Origin: a bacterium
GTDB taxonomy: Bacteria > Eisenbacteria > RBG-16-71-46
Direction: 5' to 3'
Assembly: GCA_043779265.1 (NCBI GenBank)
Contig: JAYWEM010000089.1
Location: forward strand, 1 to 22,631
DNA length: 22,631 nucleotides
Shown here piece after piece: positions 16,767-22,631 of this stretch (position 1 is the stretch's first letter; every line of letters starts with the position of its first letter). The notes beneath the pieces are model-generated. The model had not been told where the DNA came from, searched no databases, and worked only from the letters and a program-made list of their open reading frames with translations. The translations under genes and the position numbers were made by a program.

Positions 16767-17332
16767 GACTGCCTCTCCTCGATGCGTGCTTTCAGCAACG
16801 CTCGTGCGCGATGGATGCGCGCCTTGACCGTACCGAGCGGGAGCTGGAGCGCTTCCGCGATCTCCTCATAGGACAGGTCCTGCTGGTGCCGCAACACGAC
16901 GACGATCCGATAGTGCTCGGGCAGCGAGTCGATGAGCTCGTTCGCGCGCGACTGCTCCTCCCGATGCGACGTCACTTCATCCGGCTGGAGCCCGGGATCC
17001 GGGATCTCGATCGTCCGCTCCTCACTGGAGCCCGGCTCACTCTGACTGAGCGAGATCGTCGGGACCCGCTTGCGACGCAGATGGTCGATGGCGAGCCGCG
17101 ATGCGATCGTGAACAGCCAGGCGGTGAACGGACGCTCGGGATCGTAACGATCCAGGGCCCGGTAGACCCGGACGAACGTTTCCTGGGCCAGGTCCTCGGC
17201 ATCCTCGGGCCTGCGCACGACACGCATCAGGACCGAGAACACCGGCCGCTCGAAGCGGCGAACCAGCTCTCGGAACGCCCGCTGATCACCGGTCCGGCAC
17301 CGTCGGATGAGTTCGGCGTCGTCGCCGCTCAT
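16763..17332 (-). CDS. ECF sigma factor, SigW/RpoE-like
   Basis: DAEDLAQETF, FTAWLFTIA...IDHLR (region 2); LSYEEIAEALQLPLGTVKARIHRAR (region 4). Confidence 0.93.
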   Translation of the reverse strand: MSGDDAELIRRCRTGDQRAFRELVRRFERPVFSVLMRVVRRPEDAEDLAQETFVRVYRALDRYDPERPFTAWLFTIASRLAIDHLRRKRVPTISLSQSEPGSSEERTIEIPDPGLQPDEVTSHREEQSRANELIDSLPEHYRIVVVLRHQQDLSYEEIAEALQLPLGTVKARIHRARALLKARIEERQS

Positions 17333-17357
17333 ACCGCCACTACCGGATATCTCTCGA

Positions 17358-17384
17358 TACGGGGCGGACGTCGATGAGGTTTCA
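17358..17384 (-). promoter_or_regulatory. Autoregulatory ECF promoter (SigW-type)
   Basis: TGAAAC-N17-CGTA upstream of the sigma gene, similar to B. subtilis SigW TGAAAC-N16-CGTA. Confidence 0.7.
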
Positions 17385-17395
17385 TGAGGGGCCGG

Positions 17396-17425
17396 ACATT
17401 AGGAGTGCCGTCAGGCGAGGGTCAA
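17396..17425 (-). promoter_or_regulatory. Possible sigma70 promoter for the ECF operon
   Basis: TTGACC-N18-TAATGT on the minus strand. Confidence 0.45.
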
Positions 17426-17479
17426 GAATCATTGCTTCATGCGGGATTCCCGCCCCGAGCGCGGCCCCTCGCATCCCGG

Positions 17480-18809
<1,330 letters not shown>

Positions 18810-18937
18810 TGAGGAATAGCCGGGCGGCGTTCGCGCGAGCGAGCGACGTACCGGCACCGCCGACAGGATGTCGGCGGCCGAACGTGGCCGAGCGCCTCTC
18901 AAGGGGCGCTCGGCCGGTACCACACGGAGGTGGCATC

Positions 18938-19303
18938 ATGGGACCCCGCGACATCACCAAGCGCGTTCTCGCGCGCCCGCTGCGCTCGCCCTTCGCCCCG
19001 GGCGGCGGTAGCCCGACGAGAGGGCGTTGGATCTGGGCCGCACTGGGCGCCTGGCTGCTGTGGGTCACCGTGATCTCGGACCACAGCCTGTGGCGCATCG
19101 CCCAGTTGAAGCGCGAGCTCAAGCAGGCGGAGCGCGAGTTGGGACTCGTGACCGAGGAGTCGCGCGCGATCCAGGCCTCGCTCGAGGACCCCGTCACACG
19201 TCGCGAGCAGGCCGAGCGCGTGCTCCGCACGCAGCAGGGCTGGTCGAAGCCCGGCGAGATCATCTATCGCGTCGACGAGTCGGTGGAAGTCGCGAAGAAG
19301 TGA
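18938..19303 (+). CDS. ftsB: Septum formation initiator FtsB/DivIC family protein
   Basis: GGAGG SD before ATG 18938; single TM, coiled coil, E...R...G.SKPGEIIY motif; the common eno-ftsB gene order. Confidence 0.8.
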   Translation: MGPRDITKRVLARPLRSPFAPGGGSPTRGRWIWAALGAWLLWVTVISDHSLWRIAQLKRELKQAERELGLVTEESRAIQASLEDPVTRREQAERVLRTQQGWSKPGEIIYRVDESVEVAKK

Positions 19304-19336
19304 CCCGGGGCTGGCCGCACCTGCGGCCCTCGCTCG

Positions 19337-20146
19337 CTAGAACTGGATCACGGCTCCGAATCGGACGCCCAGTCCCCCGACATCCAACATGAACGGCTCA
19401 CCGGTCAGCGGGTTGGTGAACACATCCCCCGTCGCCACATTCTGGAGATTGCCGCCTCGGTAGAGTCCGATCTGGCGCGCGTCTCGCAGTTCGCCGCTTC
19501 GGTAGACGGCGCTCATCAGCACGCCGTAGCGGCTCGCGAACCACAGCTGGACGCCGCCTTCGGCATAGTAGCCAGGCCCTTCCTGCGACAGCACGATCTT
19601 CTGCGATCCGCCGAGGATCGCCGCGGTCACGGAGTCCGGCCGGGTCAGCACCTGCTGGAACGTGGAGCGGGTGTAGGCGTACTGGAGCAAGCCGCCGCCC
19701 ACGAACATGCGGGCCGAGAAGTCGCCGAGGTTGTAGGGCTGCAGGTAGTACGCGGTGCCGAGGTGGATGGGAACCGTCAGCACATCGAAGCGGACATCGA
19801 CCGCCTGTGCGAGCGCCGGCAGGTACTCGCGGTGGCTGCTGATGCGCAGGTGGGACACGCCCGCGCTGATCGCGAAGTTCGGGCGGACGAAGTAGCGCAG
19901 GTCCGCGCCGTAGAGCCACGCGAACGCGAGCTTGTCGAGCTCCTCGTAGCCACGCGGCCGGATCTGGAGAGCATTGTAGTAGTCGATGGCGTCATTGACG
20001 TCGCCGCCCTGGAACTGGGTGGGGACGCCGGAGAGCACCAGGCTCATCTTGCGGACATCCGCAGCGGCGCGGGCCTCACGGGGCGCCATGAGCGCCACAC
20101 AGGAGAAGGCAGCCGCCAGCACGAGCACGTGCCGGAAACGGATCAA
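19337..20146 (-). CDS. Outer-membrane beta-barrel protein
   Basis: GGAGG SD 6 nt before TTG 20146; signal peptide; alternating aromatic strands; C-terminal GLGVRFGAVIQF. Confidence 0.78.
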   Translation of the reverse strand: MIRFRHVLVLAAAFSCVALMAPREARAAADVRKMSLVLSGVPTQFQGGDVNDAIDYYNALQIRPRGYEELDKLAFAWLYGADLRYFVRPNFAISAGVSHLRISSHREYLPALAQAVDVRFDVLTVPIHLGTAYYLQPYNLGDFSARMFVGGGLLQYAYTRSTFQQVLTRPDSVTAAILGGSQKIVLSQEGPGYYAEGGVQLWFASRYGVLMSAVYRSGELRDARQIGLYRGGNLQNVATGDVFTNPLTGEPFMLDVGGLGVRFGAVIQF

Positions 20147-20268
20147 CGCGAACCTCCGGGAGATAGGGGCTGGGGTGCAGCGTGGACAGGCACCCGGTCG
20201 AGCGAGTGGCGCAGAATAGCCGCGGTGCGAGCCGGCAGGCAACCGCGAACCTATTTCACTGGGCGACC

Positions 20269-20297
20269 TTGACAGCCCGGGGGATGGCACCTAGATT
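20269..20297 (+). promoter_or_regulatory. Sigma70 promoter of the tRNA gene
   Basis: TTGACA-N17-TAGATT. Confidence 0.8.
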
Positions 20298-20300
20298 GCC
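20285..20300 (+). promoter_or_regulatory. Consensus sigma54 site overlapping the tRNA sigma70 -10 box
   Basis: TGGCAC-CTAGA-TTGCC. Confidence 0.5.
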
Positions 20301-20308
20301 TCTATCGA

Positions 20309-20385
<77 letters not shown>

Positions 20386-20391
20386 AACGGA

Positions 20392-20430
20392 GAGCCGAGG
20401 TGGGGGAACCTGCCTCGGCTCGACCCTTTT
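20392..20430 (+). terminator. Hairpin/terminator downstream of the tRNA
   Basis: GAGCCGAGG-TGGG-GGAA-CCTG-CCTCGGCTC (GNRA loop), followed by GACCCTTTT. Confidence 0.6.
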
Positions 20431-20476
20431 CGGGCCGCGCTGGCGACCGACGGCAATCGGTGCCTGACTGCTGCGT

Positions 20477-21334
20477 CTACACCCTGTCGATGAGGTGCGT
20501 CGGCTCTGGCGTCTGCCAGTCCGACATCGCCCCGTGTACCCGCTCCGCCTCGCGACGGATGCATTCGTCGCTGAGCTTCGCGTAGAGCTGAGTGGTCACA
20601 ACCGAAGCGTGACCGAGGATCTGCTGCAACGACGGCAGGCTACCCCCGCCCTCGATCCAACGGCAAGCGAAAGTATGGCGGAGCTGATGGACGTGGAACC
20701 GGGCGAGCCCCGAGTTGCGCTGGACGAACCGGTTGAACGAGCCCGCCGCCCCCTCGGAGTAGGGCACGAGCCGTGCTGGCCTCGAGAGGATCTCGCGGAC
20801 GATACCCGGGCTGAGCGGTACGCGCCGAACCCGAGTCGACTTGGTGTGGCTCACAACCAACATCCCGCCTTCGACATGGGAGGCCTCGGCGCGGACGAGC
20901 TCACCCCACCTGAGACCGGTCGCCAGCGCCAGCCGGACGATGAAGGCGTGGGGCTCGGGGATGGCCTTGACGACGTCGACCTCCGGGTCGAGCAGGCGAT
21001 CCGGCGGCTCCTCCTGGATCCGGGGCATGACGCGGCGCGGCCACGGTGACTTCGCCAGGCGCTCGGTCTCGACCGCCCAGCGGAGCATGCACCTGGCGTC
21101 CGTGAGCACGTGGCGGACGCTGCGGGGCGCGAGCCCGGTCGACTCGAGGTGCAGGCGATACTCGCGGATGTCGTCAGCACCGAGCGACACGAGGGCCCGC
21201 GCGCCCATGAACGGGTCGAGGTAGTCGCGCACGCGTTGAGCCGCCATGCCCATGTTCTTCGCGCTCCGCTGTGTTCTCACGTAGATGGCGAGCCACCGGT
21301 TGGCGGCCGCTGATACCGTGAGGTCATCGCCCAT
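20477..21334 (-). CDS. Tyrosine recombinase/integrase, Xer-sized (alternative GTG at 21346)
   Basis: Catalytic set intact: TGLRWGE (R), HTKS (K), HQLRH (HxxR), LGH, TTQLY (Y). Core-binding domain begins LTVSAAANRWL. No arm-binding domain. Confidence 0.93.
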   Translation of the reverse strand: MGDDLTVSAAANRWLAIYVRTQRSAKNMGMAAQRVRDYLDPFMGARALVSLGADDIREYRLHLESTGLAPRSVRHVLTDARCMLRWAVETERLAKSPWPRRVMPRIQEEPPDRLLDPEVDVVKAIPEPHAFIVRLALATGLRWGELVRAEASHVEGGMLVVSHTKSTRVRRVPLSPGIVREILSRPARLVPYSEGAAGSFNRFVQRNSGLARFHVHQLRHTFACRWIEGGGSLPSLQQILGHASVVTTQLYAKLSDECIRREAERVHGAMSDWQTPEPTHLIDRV

Positions 21335-21411
21335 GGATTCGGACACCCTTCGGGGGCTTCCGTTCCATCACTCCACCCCGTTAGTACCGTCACCCTGGCA
21401 CCGTGGCGCCC

Positions 21412-21440
21412 AAGGTATCGACGGGGGCAGGAGGCGTCAA
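21412..21440 (-). promoter_or_regulatory. Sigma70 promoter of the recombinase
   Basis: TTGACG-N17-TACCTT; the -35 box lies inside the 28-bp palindrome. Confidence 0.55.
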
Positions 21441-21461
21441 TAGCAAAAATGCTATTGACGC
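21434..21461. repeat. 28-bp palindrome (recombination core site or operator)
   Basis: GCGTCAATAGC-AAAAAT-GCTATTGACGC: perfect 11-bp arms around a 6-bp spacer (12-bp arms around AAAA). Confidence 0.85.
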
Positions 21462-21470
21462 GGAGCGAGC

Positions 21471-21749
21471 CTAGGCTACGCTTCTACAGTCGAAAGGGCC
21501 TTGGGCTCGCTGGCGCATCCGCAGCGTCCGCCGATGGGCCTCTCGGACGGCTTCGACGGGTTGACCGATGATCTCGGCGTAGAGCTCCTCGAACAGAGGA
21601 TCCACCTCGACGATCTGGGCTCGCTCGAAGGCGGTGACCGTGGTCAATGCACGCTTCAGGCCACGACGGCCTAGCAGCTTCACGATCTTCGCCGCGGTGA
21701 GGGAGCCGGGCGCTTCCTTGCGCAGCTTCTGGAGCGGCGTGTTCAGCAT
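21471..21749 (-). CDS. Small XRE/Cro-like helix-turn-helix protein
   Basis: TPLQKLRKE....LTAAKIVKLLG.......TVTAFERA...LYAEIIGQPVE follows the XRE helix pattern; located next to the integrase. Confidence 0.6.
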   Translation of the reverse strand: MLNTPLQKLRKEAPGSLTAAKIVKLLGRRGLKRALTTVTAFERAQIVEVDPLFEELYAEIIGQPVEAVREAHRRTLRMRQRAQGPFDCRSVA

Positions 21750-21817
21750 GGAGACTTGGTAGCACCCGAGCTAGACTCGTGCAATGGCAAAGATGCGACT
21801 TGGGGAGGGGCAAGCCA

Positions 21818-22441
21818 ATGTCTCGACACCTTCACGCACGTGTGCGCGTCGTAGCGTGCTGGGCTTCGTTTTCGGCGATAGTTCTTCTCGTTGTGGGATG
21901 CGGAGGCCCAGTCGGCTCCCCTGACCACTCGAAGAAGAGTCGCCTTGTGCATCAGTCCGTGGGAATAGGCATCGACTCCACCTGGGACAGGTTCTACTCG
22001 AGAACTGACTACACGGCCGGACGTGGAGTGAGAACCGACCTGCAGCACTCAGATGACCGCGAAGACGCCCTATGGCTTGCGTTGATGACATGTCGGAGTG
22101 ACTCGCTTGGAATCTGGACGACGCTCCTGGTGAAGTACATCGGGCGCGGAATCGCAGGACTGGATGGGTCAGCTGTGCTCCTGGTCGACGGTGCAACGCC
22201 GGTCTCGGTGAAGACCGACGTGTTCAGAGTCGATCGAACGGTCGGAGACTGCAGTTCACCCAGAGGCTGCTGGGTTGAAGAGACCTTTGCGATTGAGCTC
22301 GATGAAGACCAGCTCCTCACTTTAGCCAACGCGACAACTCTCGAGGTCACGGCAAGGGCAAGCGAGAAACGCTTCGAGGGCGGCGTGCCGAAGGCCCTTA
22401 TCAACCAAGCGAGGCGACTGTGCGAGTTGCTCGCGCTATGA
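21818..22441 (+). CDS. Hypothetical lipoprotein (mobile-element cargo)
   Basis: GGGAGGGG SD before ATG 21818; basic N-region, hydrophobic core and LVVGC lipobox. Confidence 0.65.
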   Translation: MSRHLHARVRVVACWASFSAIVLLVVGCGGPVGSPDHSKKSRLVHQSVGIGIDSTWDRFYSRTDYTAGRGVRTDLQHSDDREDALWLALMTCRSDSLGIWTTLLVKYIGRGIAGLDGSAVLLVDGATPVSVKTDVFRVDRTVGDCSSPRGCWVEETFAIELDEDQLLTLANATTLEVTARASEKRFEGGVPKALINQARRLCELLAL

Positions 22442-22472
22442 GCCAAGGGTTCAATGGCACAGGGAGAAACCG

Positions 22473-22631
22473 ATGATCGGGCTTCTGTTGCTGCCGTTCT
22501 TCGCCCTTTTCTACTTCGTCCCGGCATTCGTTGCGCATCGACGACGGCACGCTCAGTTCATCCCGATTCTGGCACTGAACTTCTTCCTCGGGTGGACTGT
22601 CCTGGGCTGGGTCGCCGCACTCGTATGGGCG
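22473..22631 (+). CDS. Superinfection immunity protein (T4 Imm-like, Imm_superinfect), 3' partial; not in the ORF track
   Basis: GGAGA SD; MIGLLLLPFFALFYFVPAFVAHRRRHAQFIPILALNFFLGWTVLGWVAALVWA matches the YFxP...R.H...LN..LGWT..GW..AL.WA signature. Confidence 0.9.
   Translation, partial: MIGLLLLPFFALFYFVPAFVAHRRRHAQFIPILALNFFLGWTVLGWVAALVWA

Larger units (their letters stand above)
20386..22631. mobile_element. Left end of a prophage-like/integrative element inserted at tRNA-fMet (continues beyond the window)
   Basis: Tyrosine recombinase adjacent to the tRNA 3' end, XRE-like HTH gene, superinfection immunity gene, and visibly less GC-rich sequence after ~21400. The second att copy is not in the window. 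Confidence 0.75.

Overview
High-GC bacterial chromosomal segment. Lipoproteins, OM beta-barrels and a FlgD/Ig-like C-terminal domain point to a diderm, possibly an Eisenbacteria/FCB-like lineage (inference only). Left to right: partial DUF4384-like gene and an FN3 lipoprotein (-); an ORF-free, heavily base-paired ~440-nt interval bracketed by a sigma54-type promoter and a terminator-like hairpin (candidate large ncRNA, - strand); a 1036-aa TPR-GAF-AAA+-HTH sigma54 activator preceded by a small secreted-peptide gene; ppx/gppA-like and ArsR genes (-); rlmN, an NtrY/NtrX-like pair, an OM beta-barrel and a DUF4390-like gene (+); a secreted HExxH metalloprotease and a SigW-like ECF/ZAS anti-sigma/bactofilin-like operon (-); eno-ftsB (+); an OM barrel (-); initiator tRNA-Met; then the edge of an integrated phage-like element (tyrosine recombinase, 28-bp palindrome, XRE-like HTH, lipoprotein, superinfection-immunity protein). 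Five -24/-12 sigma54-like sites are visible. The most novel candidate is a secreted peptide / TPR sigma54 activator / structured ncRNA module at ~1645-6044.
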